Counted from the first letter of the stretch, positions 10,338-19,841 are shown. The stretch is 29,686 nt of DNA from Candidatus Micrarchaeota archaeon (GCA_037444485.1 JBBIMI010000011.1:1-29686); one strand, 5' to 3'. The notes: generated by a model not told the origin, from the sequence alone. Program-made: numbers and translations.

Positions 10338-10521
10338 GTGTTTGGTTGAGAATTCCGCGAGTTCAGTCGCGGGATGAATCAACCTTAATGCTCGTTAATG
10401 CTCGTAATTGTTTCGCTTGACTTGCTTGCCGGTTTTTGTAGGCGCCGTGCTGATAATGACTCACGCCAGCGCAAGCCGGGCAACATACTGAAATCCTACG
10501 CCTAAAGGCGTAGGTTGCTTA
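10338..10521 (+). mobile_element. Miniature IS200/IS605-like non-coding element, copy C (best-preserved ends)
   Basis: TTTAAT then GTGTTT GGTTGA GAATT CCGCGA-GTTCAG-TCGCGG GATGAA TCAACC (nested stems); right hairpin CCTACGCCT-AA-AGGCGTAGG then TTGCTTA. Confidence 0.78.
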
Positions 10522-10528
10522 ATTTTCA

Positions 10529-11032
10529 TTAATCTTCATTAATTTCCAAGAATTTTTTTAATTCTTGAACGTGTTCGTTTGCTTTGAATGCTTGAAATAC
10601 ATAAATCCTATTTAGTTCTTCTTTAGTTAAACTTCTTTCAACATTTCTTTTTTTGAAGTAGTTTTCGAATGCTTTTGCAATAGCTTCCTTGGTTTTAAAC
10701 TGGTGTAACGTGGTTGGAATTATTATTTTCACGTGACTGCTTTCAGTGCTTGAGAGAATCAAGTGCATGATTTCAATTAAATCAGTGATTCTGCAGCCTT
10801 CAGCTGTAGACAACCCGAGTGAAACCGCTTTATAATCTTTTATTTGTCCACTCTCGATGAAGGCCTTAACTTCATTCATCTTGTCTAGAGTCATGACGCT
10901 GTGCTTCAACTGGTGTAAGTAAATGCTTCCGTGCTGCACCTCGCCTTGTTTAAGGATTTCCTTGACTACCGACGGTATTTTTACGGCCAAAATCTTTCCT
11001 TTTTCTTCACTGCTCTCGTAAAACTCTACCAC
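10529..11032 (-). CDS. Hypothetical protein, possible degenerate receiver-like fold
   Basis: 167-aa AT-rich ORF with GTG start; alternating beta/alpha pattern (YKAVSLG, KIIIPTT). Confidence 0.6.
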   Translation of the reverse strand: MVEFYESSEEKGKILAVKIPSVVKEILKQGEVQHGSIYLHQLKHSVMTLDKMNEVKAFIESGQIKDYKAVSLGLSTAEGCRITDLIEIMHLILSSTESSHVKIIIPTTLHQFKTKEAIAKAFENYFKKRNVERSLTKEELNRIYVFQAFKANEHVQELKKFLEINED

Positions 11033-11110
11033 AAACCATTACCTGCTTCACTCGCTTGACTCGCTTCCCGTTTTTTTTTGCAGGCTTGTTTCCCTCATTT
11101 TTTGTTTTTT

Positions 11111-12589
11111 TCACCACTTGTTTTTCAAGAGTTCCAAGTCTTGAGTGAACAAGTCGCGAATGTCTTCAAGTCCAAGCGCGAGCATCGCGAGCCTGTCTAT
11201 TCCTAAGCCCCAAGCGAGGACCGGAACGTTGACGCGCAACGCGCTCAACATTTCAGGTCTAAACATTCCAGCCCCGCCCACCTCAGCCCAACCGCGTTCC
11301 GGAATGTTGACGTGCATTTCAACGCTTGGTTCAGTGAACGGAAAGTACGTGGGCGCGAAGCGAACTCCGTCTTCACGCGCGCCGAAAATCTCGATTGCGA
11401 AGTCCTTCAAGTAGCCAAGCAAGTCGCGGAAAGTCATTCGCTCGTCCGCCACTATGCCTTCGCATTGGTTGAACTCGATGAAGTGCTTCCAATCAATTTC
11501 GTCAGGCCTAAACACACGTCCTATGGAGAACAAGCGCAAGGGCGGCTTCAAGCCTTTCGCGAGTTCGCGCGCGCTGACAGCCGTCGTTTGAGAGCGGAGA
11601 ACTAGTCGCGCCGCGATTTCTGGGTCCCACTTGTACTTCCATCCCTTGCTTCCAGCTAGTCCCCGCTCGTGCGCTGCGCGCACTCGCTCTAGAAGCTCTG
11701 CGTCTAGAATCTCGCCGCGCGCTGGGTCTTCAACTTGAAACACGTCGTGAATTTCGCGCGCCGGGTGGTCTTGAGCCATGAACAACGCGTCCATGTTCCA
11801 GAATTCTAGTTCAACTAGCGGGCCGTGAACTTCTTGAAAACCGAGGCCAACGAGTTTTTCTTTTATTTTCTTTAAAAACTCGATGTAAGCGTGTTTCTTG
11901 CCGAACCAAATCGGCGCGATCGCTGTGCTCACGTCGTACTCGCGGAATTTCTTGCCGCGCCAAGAACCGTCGCGCAACATTTGTGGAGTGAGTTGGTTTA
12001 CGAACAACGCTTCCTTGCTTGACTCTGCGAGCGCGCGCTCGCCTTTCTGCGTTATGTTCAGCAAAACGTTTTTTTCAATCGTGGTTTGAATGAGTTTGCG
12101 TGTTTTCAAGTCGTTCAGCGTGCTAGCATCGAGTGAAAGCGCGTTTTTTTCAACGCGTTTTCCAGCGAGTTGTTTTAAAGCGCGTTCGACAGGGCTTTCC
12201 TTGCTTTCAAGGGGCGTGATGACCGTGCGGCCGCTTGTTTTCTCTACTGAAACCCAGCCGAAGCGGATAGCCCACTGTAATGCAACGTGTTTTTCTGCTT
12301 CGCTTAATTCAGCGAGCAGAACCGCGTCTTCAAGCGTCATGGGCGCGTCGAGAACGTCACGCAGTCTGCGTTCTGGAGTGCCGCGTTTGGCGTAATCGCT
12401 TCCTTCGCGCGTTAGTTCGACGAGTTCGCGTGTTTCGCGTTTGACTTCAGCGAAACCATTCATTTCAAGCGTTACTGCCGCGCTCATCAAACTCGAGTAG
12501 GGAACCGTGGTTTTCTCGCTTAACTCGCGCGCTTCCAACGCGCCGTGTTTTTGCAGCGCGCGCAGAATCTTTTCTTCGATTGGAGTCAT
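11111..12589 (-). CDS. pheS: Phenylalanine--tRNA ligase alpha subunit (archaeal type with N-terminal winged-helix extension)
   Basis: FWNMDALFMAQDHPARE.HD.F, LRSQTT, GRVFR, EFNQCEG, YFPFTEPS.E, GAGMFRPE, AWGLGIDRLAM. Confidence 0.97.
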   Translation of the reverse strand: MTPIEEKILRALQKHGALEARELSEKTTVPYSSLMSAAVTLEMNGFAEVKRETRELVELTREGSDYAKRGTPERRLRDVLDAPMTLEDAVLLAELSEAEKHVALQWAIRFGWVSVEKTSGRTVITPLESKESPVERALKQLAGKRVEKNALSLDASTLNDLKTRKLIQTTIEKNVLLNITQKGERALAESSKEALFVNQLTPQMLRDGSWRGKKFREYDVSTAIAPIWFGKKHAYIEFLKKIKEKLVGLGFQEVHGPLVELEFWNMDALFMAQDHPAREIHDVFQVEDPARGEILDAELLERVRAAHERGLAGSKGWKYKWDPEIAARLVLRSQTTAVSARELAKGLKPPLRLFSIGRVFRPDEIDWKHFIEFNQCEGIVADERMTFRDLLGYLKDFAIEIFGAREDGVRFAPTYFPFTEPSVEMHVNIPERGWAEVGGAGMFRPEMLSALRVNVPVLAWGLGIDRLAMLALGLEDIRDLFTQDLELLKNKW

Positions 12590-12794
12590 GCTTTTTTTCC
12601 TTCCATGCTTGCAATCAATTGCAATTGAAGTATCTCAAGTATGTAAATTGAAAAGTTTTTTTTCAGTGTTTTCAGTGCTAAGTTTTTTTCAGTGCTTAGA
12701 ATTAGGTTGAATTAGGTTAAAAAGATTGATGGGTTTTGCTGCGTTTGTGTTTTTGTGCTGGGCGCGTTGATTATTGCATCAAATTCCTCTAAAC

Positions 12795-12917
12795 TCAATT
12801 GTTTTTTACGGTCGTGCTGTGAAAAGAATTCCTCGCCCACTACTGGTGCATCAAATACATTGGCGAATGGGTTTGTGTGACGAGCGCATAGTTAATGTGG
12901 TTGACTTCGCGAGACAT
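12795..12917 (-). pseudogene. 5' remnant of a probable DNA methyltransferase gene
   Basis: GGTGG RBS plus ATG; translates MSREVNHINYALVTQTHSPMYLMHQ*WAR, resembling the H.PMYLMHK(Y/W)WARK N-terminal motif of amino-methyltransferases; TAG at 12840-12842, then sequence decays. Confidence 0.6.
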
Positions 12918-13022
12918 TAGTTTTCCCACCAAACTGCGAAAAGAATAGCGTTTTAACTAAATTCATTTAAATAAAGTTTTTAAGCGTTGGGAGAGTAGCC
13001 TGCCGGTGGAATTCAAATGGGT

Positions 13023-13517
13023 TTAGAGCTTGTACCCGATTTTTTTGAGAAAGTCTTTCCGCCACGCCTTGTCTTCCGCGCCTTCCACGCCCAAAGGCGT
13101 TTCGCCGTCAATCACGCCGAGAACGCCGCGTCCTTGCGGAGTTTCAGCGATTATTGCCTGGACGCGGTTGGCTGTCGCGCAGTAGACAGCGCAAACTTCG
13201 CTGACTGCCTTAATGCGGTTCAGCACGTTGACTGGAAAACCGTTGCGCAAGAGCACAACGAAAACGTGTCCGCAGCCGAGGCGCTGAGCGTTTTCGATAG
13301 CTGCTTTCGTGAGTTCGTCGTCATTTCCTTCGAAACGCACGAGCCGCTTGCCACTTGACTCGTTGAAAGCAATGCCGAACTTGAGGGAAGGCGAAGATTC
13401 CGCAAGCGTTTCATGCAAGTCGCTAACGCTTTTAATGAAATGCGTTTGACCGACTATAACGTTCGCGTCTTTAGGTAAAACTAGTTCAACTATTTTCAAC
13501 TCGATTTCTCCAGCCAC
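13023..13517 (-). CDS. Adenosine-specific kinase family protein (DUF355/PAE2307-like)
   Basis: NVIVGQTHFIK.V.D, FGIAF.E.SG.RLVR.EGND..L, GH.F, CATAN, GRGVLGVIDG..P.GVE, R..L..IGYK; GTG at 13517 follows GAGGTG. Confidence 0.9.
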   Translation of the reverse strand: MAGEIELKIVELVLPKDANVIVGQTHFIKSVSDLHETLAESSPSLKFGIAFNESSGKRLVRFEGNDDELTKAAIENAQRLGCGHVFVVLLRNGFPVNVLNRIKAVSEVCAVYCATANRVQAIIAETPQGRGVLGVIDGETPLGVEGAEDKAWRKDFLKKIGYKL

Positions 13518-13536
13518 AAAAACACCTCTAAAAAAT

Positions 13537-13938
13537 TCAGTGTTTTCGTTTTCGCGCGCCGGCTTTCCGCTCACGTTCAGCGCGTAGAATTGCGCGGGGC
13601 TTCAATTCGCCGTTGTGCGACAATTCGATTTCGCTGTGGATGTAAGTGCGGAGCACGAAAACAAGTGTTGCCAGCGCGGCGAAAATGAGGAACGACTGGA
13701 TTGCTAATGCGGTTGCGCTTCCGCCAAGCATGCCCCAAACGCCTGCAAGGGTTGAAAAGCCTAAGAGTAGGGTGACCGCAATTATGCTTGGCAGGGAACG
13801 GGATTCATACTCGCCTTTGTATGCGACTACCGCGTAAATGATTGCGATGGGCGTGAGTATTACTGACAGGATTTGAAAAAGTTGTGTGAACAGTGAAACA
13901 TCGATTGCAAAAACCATTTTTTTTCTTTCAACCCCCAT
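13537..13938 (-). CDS. Small multi-pass membrane protein
   Basis: Three hydrophobic segments and a basic tail; alternative ATG at 13917. Confidence 0.7.
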   Translation of the reverse strand: MGVERKKMVFAIDVSLFTQLFQILSVILTPIAIIYAVVAYKGEYESRSLPSIIAVTLLLGFSTLAGVWGMLGGSATALAIQSFLIFAALATLVFVLRTYIHSEIELSHNGELKPRAILRAERERKAGARKRKH

Positions 13939-14018
13939 GAAAATAATTTTTCTGCTTCTATTTTAAAAACAAGCGTTTTTAGCTTCTCCTCTGCTTCTTC
14001 TCTTTAAGTGTCTCCTCT

Positions 14019-14732
14019 TTAAGCGCTCGAATTGCTCGGCGCGAGTGCGTCTAACAATTCGTTCAACCCGATGCGTTCCCAACCACTCGTGCGCGTGAGC
14101 GTCACGTTTCTCGCCAGCGCGTTCAACGAAGTCACTCTTTTTTTGAGTGACTTGCGTTCAGCTTCGCTGGAGAGAATCTTTTGCAAGCGCCCTTTCCTAC
14201 GCGCAGCCAAGTCTATCTTGTTGAGTGCGATGGTTAGCGGCAGTCCAGTAGCAACGTTCGCTAAACCCCCTAACGCTTTCACGAACTTTAAGCAATCATC
14301 GTTTAAGCCATCATCGCCATCGCCAGCAAAACCGGAGTCGAAAACTAGGACTAGCTTGTCGAAAAAACTGGACGTGAATTCACGCGCGCTTGGAGAAGTA
14401 AAGAATGATGGTGAGGCGTTCGAGTCGAAAATCGCTAGTTTGACGCCTTCGCGTTTAGCTTGAGCCAGCGTGCTGCGGAATGCTTTATCTTCAAGCAATC
14501 GTTTTGAAAAAATTTTTTCGAGTGCGCGGCCGGGGTTTTTCTCTTCAGAGGCTTCCTGTCCGGCTTTAGTCTTGCGCACGTCGAAGAACGGCTGGGTTTT
14601 CAGCGTTTTTGCGGTAGCGTCTAGATTGAATTCAAGCGTGGTGACTCCTTGCTTGTTCGCGTGGCTCGCCAGCGCGTGCGCGAGCGTGGTTTTTCCAACG
14701 CCAAGCTCGCCGTAAAACAAGATTTTCAGCAA
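14019..14732 (-). CDS. Divergent GPN-loop-like P-loop GTPase
   Basis: Walker A GELGVGKTT, NLD, FDVR, G4 LNKID, G5-like TSG...IGL; lacks the canonical GPN and DTPGQ motifs. Confidence 0.75.
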   Translation of the reverse strand: MLKILFYGELGVGKTTLAHALASHANKQGVTTLEFNLDATAKTLKTQPFFDVRKTKAGQEASEEKNPGRALEKIFSKRLLEDKAFRSTLAQAKREGVKLAIFDSNASPSFFTSPSAREFTSSFFDKLVLVFDSGFAGDGDDGLNDDCLKFVKALGGLANVATGLPLTIALNKIDLAARRKGRLQKILSSEAERKSLKKRVTSLNALARNVTLTRTSGWERIGLNELLDALAPSNSSA

Positions 14733-14924
14733 CTTGACGAAAACCCCCCTTCATCGGCAGTCAAAAAGTTAACCAGTCATCACCAGTCATCGTTACACAT
14801 CATTACAATTAAAGTGTGGTTTTAAATAAATAACGCTTTGCTTTTTGCTTTTTTGTCAGCTTCCAAAAAGTTTTTCAAAACCACTAGCCCACTAGCCGGC
14901 CCAGTGCGAAGAAGCGCGTGAAGA

Positions 14925-14995
14925 ATGCGCGTGGAGAGAGATAACAAATAGCTGAGCGTCAAGCCCCGCCGAGAGCTCGCGGACGGGTTGTTCAC
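14925..14995 (+). mobile_element. Solitary IS200/IS605-like right-end relic of a second family
   Basis: CAAGCCCCGCC...GGACGGGTTGTTCAC: imperfect GC hairpin ending in TTCAC, with GCGCGTGGAG upstream. Confidence 0.4.
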
Positions 14996-15376
14996 TTTCT
15001 TTTTTTAAACGCGTAAATCGGGGCGACGTGCTTCCTGTCGAACCAGTAGATAAACCACGCGAAGGCGAGGAAAGCGATTATCGTCACGCCGTGGTCTAAC
15101 GCGCGGTAGTTCACTCTCTTTGGAAAAACGTTAACGTTGAATTAAAAAACAGCGTGCAAGAAGCGGAAAACAGCTATTGAAACAAACCTTGCTGTAACTA
15201 CTTGCTGTAACTAAAGCCAACGCTTTCGCAAACTCGCCTTTCGACTTTTCTTTAAATGGTTGCTAGAATGAAGATTGGAATAATGAAACTGGAATAATGA
15301 AGACTGGAATAAGTATAACGAGAAACGCGAGCGCGAGCAAGTGCACCATAAACTCGTTGAACAATATTAATTGCAT
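14992..15376 (-). pseudogene. Disrupted small multi-TM membrane protein
   Basis: Fragments join as MQLILFNEFMVHLLALAFLVILIPVF..KEKSKGEFAKALALVTA..VSIAVFRFLHAVF*FNVNVFPKRVNYRALDHGVTIIAFLAFAWFIYWFDRKH..KKRK; broken by 13-15 bp tandem duplications and a TAA. Confidence 0.55.
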
Positions 15377-15585
15377 CGTAATAGTTTCAGCAACTCTTTT
15401 AAAAAAACATTTTTCGAAACCCTGAAAAACACAGAAAACTAAAAAAACACAACTAAAAAAACACAAAAACCAAAAACCGTAAAAATCCAGCAAAGGCGCG
15501 ATTTAAAATTTAAAAATCGAGCCGCCTTTAACCTAACTAAATTCGATAAAACACTTGAAATAGCTTGGAATCAAGGTGTTTTCGT

Positions 15586-16014
15586 TTGGCTGTTGTTGAA
15601 GACGAGGAAATCGCTGAAATACTGCAAAACGCGAAAACGATAGCAGTAGTCGGCTGCTCGCGCGATCCAGCAAAGCCAGCACACGAAGTGCCGAAGTACT
15701 TGCAAGCGCACGGTTACAAAATCATTCCAGTAAATCCTTTCGCGGACGAAATTCTGGGAGAAAAAGCGTTCAAAACGCTTTCGGAAGTGAAGCGAAAGAA
15801 ACAAAGAATTGATGTTGTTGAAGTCTTTCGTCCAAACGCGGAATGCGTGCAAGTCGCGCGCGAGGCGGTCGCGCTCGACCCGAAGCCGAAAGTTTTTTGG
15901 ATGCAGTTGGGAATAGACAACGCTGAAGCGGCAAAGTTGTGTGAAGAACACCAAGTGAAAGTAGTGGCGAATAAGTGCATGATGGTCGAACACAAGCGCC
16001 TAATAAAAAAATAA
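15586..16014 (+). CDS. CoA-binding protein (YccU-like)
   Basis: TIAVVGCS..P.KP...V..YL...GY.IIPVNP, IDVV.VFR, WMQLG, CMMVEH; TTG 15586 follows AAGGTG. Confidence 0.92.
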   Translation: MAVVEDEEIAEILQNAKTIAVVGCSRDPAKPAHEVPKYLQAHGYKIIPVNPFADEILGEKAFKTLSEVKRKKQRIDVVEVFRPNAECVQVAREAVALDPKPKVFWMQLGIDNAEAAKLCEEHQVKVVANKCMMVEHKRLIKK

Positions 16015-16060
16015 CCCTAACAAAAAAAAGAAGCGGTAAAAAATAACGTGGTTAAAAAAC

Positions 16061-17296
16061 GTGGTTTCCGTGAAATTCGTTCAAAGGCGTGAACTCGCGC
16101 CTTTCGCCACCTTCCAACCATCGAAAAACCAGCCTGTCCACAACTGGTTTTACTTCAAGGAAGCCTTCTCGCCTGAACTCGTGCGGGTGCTGTTGAAGGA
16201 ATTAGAGCTTGAAGAACCCGTTCTCGACCCATTCTGCGGAATAGGCACCACTCTCTTGACGTGCAAAGAATCAGGCTTGAATTCAATCGGGTTTGACGTG
16301 AATCCCCTCGCGGTTTTCGCGTCGCGCGTGAAATGCGCTGATTATAAATTGCTGGACTTGAAGCAAGCGGCCGACTTCGTGCTTCGCGCCAAGTGGCGCA
16401 AGCCGAGTTGGAAATGGCGTTTTGAATTGTTTCCGCCGTCCCGCGCGTTCCCGAAAGGCAGTTTCGAGGAAGCGCTTTTCTTGCGCGAGAAAATCAACGA
16501 AATCAGCGACGAGAAAGCCCGCGACTTCCTGTTGCTCGCATTGGTGAGCGTGATTCCGGAAGCGAGTTGGACGCTCAAGGACGGCGGCGTGCTTAAGCTC
16601 GCGAAAAGAAAACGCGTTCCGCCGTTGCGGCAGGCGTTCGAACGCAAGCTTTTGAGAATGCTGCGCGACGTCGCGTCGCACGCAATTTCAGGACCAACAC
16701 CTGTTGTTGAAGAGGGTGATGCGCGAGCTTTACCGCTGGAAGACGAATCAATTGGTGGAATCGTGACTTCGCCTCCTTACTTGAACAACGTTGATTACAC
16801 GAAAGTATACGGGTTAGAGTTAAGCTTGTTGTTCGACGAGCAGACAATAAAACACGCGCGTGCGCGTTCGCTGCATTCCTTCATAAGCGCGGATTACAAG
16901 CAGCTGGAAAACGCGCCTGTCGTCAAAACCGTTTTAAAGAAAATCTTGGAAGAAAACCAGCGCGTCCGCGAAAGCTGTGAAAGCAGCGAAAGCGGTGCGG
17001 GTGGCGTGCGTGGCTTGCCTTTAGTTGTAAGCGCTTACTTCAGTGATTTGCTGCTCGTGCTTCAAGAATTGTTCCGCGTTTTGAAGCCTGGCGCGAGCGC
17101 GGGCTTCGTGGTGAGCAACGCTGTGCTTCCAGAACTAGTGGTGAACGTGGACGAGTGCGTGGGACTCGCGAGTGAAGAAATCGGCTTTAAGGTGAGCGCG
17201 TGGGTTTGCGGAGAGCGTTCAGCGCGTGTGAACGCGCGCGGAATTCCGAGAGAACAGCTAGTGCGCGAGAGCGTCGTAGTCCTACGCAAGGCTTAA
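16061..17296 (+). CDS. DNA amino-methyltransferase, probably N4-cytosine; no cognate endonuclease adjacent
   Basis: PVHNWFYFKEAFS, SAM-binding LDPFCGIGTT, GFDVNP, GDAR, catalytic VTSPPY, RVLKPG, RES at the C-terminus. Confidence 0.88.
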   Translation: MVSVKFVQRRELAPFATFQPSKNQPVHNWFYFKEAFSPELVRVLLKELELEEPVLDPFCGIGTTLLTCKESGLNSIGFDVNPLAVFASRVKCADYKLLDLKQAADFVLRAKWRKPSWKWRFELFPPSRAFPKGSFEEALFLREKINEISDEKARDFLLLALVSVIPEASWTLKDGGVLKLAKRKRVPPLRQAFERKLLRMLRDVASHAISGPTPVVEEGDARALPLEDESIGGIVTSPPYLNNVDYTKVYGLELSLLFDEQTIKHARARSLHSFISADYKQLENAPVVKTVLKKILEENQRVRESCESSESGAGGVRGLPLVVSAYFSDLLLVLQELFRVLKPGASAGFVVSNAVLPELVVNVDECVGLASEEIGFKVSAWVCGERSARVNARGIPREQLVRESVVVLRKA

Positions 17297-17692
17297 TTTT
17301 TTTTAATTCAAAAATCTTTTTAGAGCAAGTGGTCTTACTTTGTTCCTAGCCTTCATTTTTCTTAGTTTTCATCTTTGATTATTTTTTTGATTATTTTTCA
17401 GCTTTGGTTAACCACTAAACCAACTGCAAAGAAACGTGCGCAAAACGTGCGCAACGCCAGCGATCTCTAGAAGACAGCAACACCAAAAAACGAACCAGTC
17501 AAAAAATCAAATTTTTCGTTAAGTTGACTTGTTTTCAATTAAAAAGTACTTTATTTTATTGGATAACTTTAACTGGAAGATAATTTATTTAAACGGTCTC
17601 GCCATTTTATTAAAGCGATTGAATTGACGCCCAAGAATTTGACCAAGAATTTAAAGAATTTGAATTTGAAGTTCAAGATATTGTTTTCCAGG

Positions 17693-18613
17693 ATGCTGTT
17701 TTTTCTCGCCTTACTCTTTTTCACGCTTATTTTTTCTTTAAACCCCGCGAGAGCAGCGAATTACTCTAACGCTTACGCGCCTGACTTGTGTTTGACTAGC
17801 GCGCAAGCGAGTGCTTACAACTGCACGATGGTAGGCGTCTGCGGAACTTGGGGCTTGAATCGTTATTATTGCCCGCTTTCTCCCGCGCCTTCACAGGAAA
17901 TAGTGGTAAGCGACTTAACGCAGACTATTGAAACAACGCATTGGAAGATGATTAAGGCTTTAAATGGAGTACGCGGATTCGTTACCGAAATCTACGCCGA
18001 CCACTTAGGATTTGCTTTTTACGACTTGAACCCGATGTTTGTGTCTTTCACTGAATCGGCGAGAGAGGGTGACGTGCTTTCTTACGCTGGCGCGACTTTC
18101 AAGATAAACAAAATTTATCCCAACCCGTATGCGCCCTCGCTTTACTTGGCTGAAATCACTGTAAACACGAGCGTCACACCCACAACACAACCAACTCCAA
18201 CGCCTTCACCTTCAATCTCGCCCTCGCCAGCTCCAACGCCTTCCCCAACTCTAACGCCTTCCCCTAGTCTTCAGCCTTCTCCAAGCACTTCCCCAACAAT
18301 AGCGCCTTCCGCAACAATCGTGATAATCGGAAGCGTGAATCCAACTCCGCCCCTGCAGCAGCTTGGAGACGAGTGCTCTAAAAACGATCGACGCGTGATA
18401 AATCAAATCCCGTCTTACTGCAAGCGCGGAAAATGGGTTCCGCAACTCGCGGCCGGAAGTTACTGCGCGAACGGCTTCGAATGCGAGAGCGGACGCTGCG
18501 AGAACAACGCTTGCACTGTTCCGGAAGAGAACGCGCCTCCGCAAAACTTTCTTGACACTTTCTTGCGCGCTGTCGCAAACTTCTTCCGCTCACTCTTCGG
18601 AATAGGCTCTTAA
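17693..18613 (+). CDS. Secreted surface protein with Pro/Ser/Thr linker and Cys-rich module
   Basis: Signal peptide ending ARA-A, (PT/PS)n linker, C...F.C.SGRC....C module, amphipathic C-terminal FLRAVANFFRSLFG; start uncertain (track 17624). Confidence 0.8.
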   Translation: MLFFLALLFFTLIFSLNPARAANYSNAYAPDLCLTSAQASAYNCTMVGVCGTWGLNRYYCPLSPAPSQEIVVSDLTQTIETTHWKMIKALNGVRGFVTEIYADHLGFAFYDLNPMFVSFTESAREGDVLSYAGATFKINKIYPNPYAPSLYLAEITVNTSVTPTTQPTPTPSPSISPSPAPTPSPTLTPSPSLQPSPSTSPTIAPSATIVIIGSVNPTPPLQQLGDECSKNDRRVINQIPSYCKRGKWVPQLAAGSYCANGFECESGRCENNACTVPEENAPPQNFLDTFLRAVANFFRSLFGIGS

Positions 18614-18699
18614 CCAACGAAAAACTTTAATCTAATCAGCTTTAATCGGTTTGATGCGCACGCTTGAATTAAAAAAGAGAACAGAAGAGAGAAGGAGAA

Positions 18700-18949
18700 G
18701 AACGCTTTAAAAGCGCGTTCGACTCGTTGTATTCCACCGTCTTACTTTTACGTTCTGCGCGACAACAGCGCCAATCGCGGCGAGAATCGCGACAATGAAG
18801 TCCGTGCAGCCCCTACAAAAACTAACAAATAACTAAAGCGAAAAAGTAAAGCGAAAAATAATTGGCAAACAACTGAAGCGAAACAATTAAGGCTGATTTA
18901 TCAGTGGTTCATCCATTGCCTGAATGCAACGGGTTTCTCAACCAAACGT
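18700..18949 (-). mobile_element. Miniature IS200/IS605-like element, copy D (decayed)
   Basis: Minus strand TTTAAT ACGTTTGGTTGAGAAACC, TAATTGTTTCGCTT, TTTTTGTAGG; right hairpin only vestigial (ACGCTTTAAAAGCG near 18702), so that boundary is uncertain. Confidence 0.6.
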
Positions 18950-19111
18950 ATTAAACATTAAATTTTAAACATTAAATTATTAAATTAAATTATTAATTAA
19001 ATTGTTAAACAACTCTTGTGCTTTATCTTGTGCTTTAACTAGCAACAACCAACAAAACAAGGTTTGTTAGTTTAAGAATCTTATTAAACGAGTTTCAACT
19101 TAATTTAGTTC

Positions 19112-19717
19112 ATGTTCTTCAACAAGAGAGAATACCAGGCGGAAGCCGGCGGTGTTGATGAAAAAAAACTTGAAGACTTGTTCAAGCAAGCCGTGCAGCG
19201 GGGCGCGGTCCTCGCGCTATACCACTTCGACGCGCACGGCAAAGACCCTGAAGCAGTTAAAAACACTTTGATTGAATTCGTGTCACGTTTGAGTGCAGAG
19301 CAGGGAGTGCTTTATTGTAAGGGCGAAATCGAGGCAGCCATCGAGCGCGAAGGAATGTTTTCGTGCGCTAGCGAAGTCAAGATTCTCGCAGAAAACTTAA
19401 ACGTTCTCTTGAATCTCGCGCTGCGTTACGGACCAATCGCGATTGAAGTCCTTGAACCAACCGAAATTCGTTTAGACGTTCAAGAAATACAGAACCTGTT
19501 GCTTGACGCTAGTCAAACTAGTCAAGATTACGCGAATTATATTCTCGAAAAACTCATGAAGCCTGAAGATTACGTGGTGCTTCAACAAAAACTCGCCCGC
19601 CGCGCGGAACTAGGCAAACAATTGAAAGAAAAACACGAGAAAAGCGGGAAACAACAACCTAAAATTGAAGAAACGCGAACGCCGCAAGAAACGCCGCAAG
19701 AAACGCGAACGCCGTAA
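19112..19717 (+). CDS. Hypothetical protein resembling a conserved uncharacterised archaeal family
   Basis: 201-aa ORF with host-like codon style; G...E.V...L, EV, L.YGP.AIEVLEP..I pattern; C-terminal ETRTPQ/ETPQ repeats. Confidence 0.75.
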   Translation: MFFNKREYQAEAGGVDEKKLEDLFKQAVQRGAVLALYHFDAHGKDPEAVKNTLIEFVSRLSAEQGVLYCKGEIEAAIEREGMFSCASEVKILAENLNVLLNLALRYGPIAIEVLEPTEIRLDVQEIQNLLLDASQTSQDYANYILEKLMKPEDYVVLQQKLARRAELGKQLKEKHEKSGKQQPKIEETRTPQETPQETRTP

Positions 19718-19841
19718 AATCGAAAAACTGGTTTTTCCAATTTTTAACGAGAATGAAAACCAATTTTTTCGTAAAAAACCACAAAAAAGCGAAACGCTGA
19801 CGAAAACCCGCTGTCGAAAACCAGAGCGTGAGGTTAAAGTA

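Noticed and set aside
12840..12842. In-frame TAG as recoding (pyrrolysine or alternative code)
   Set aside because: Similarity ends a few codons later, and TAG terminates cas1 and cas12f normally
19665..19841. Basic N-terminal extension of the nitroreductase
   Set aside because: Overlaps the previous gene's repeat tail; a better RBS plus TTG lies at 19842
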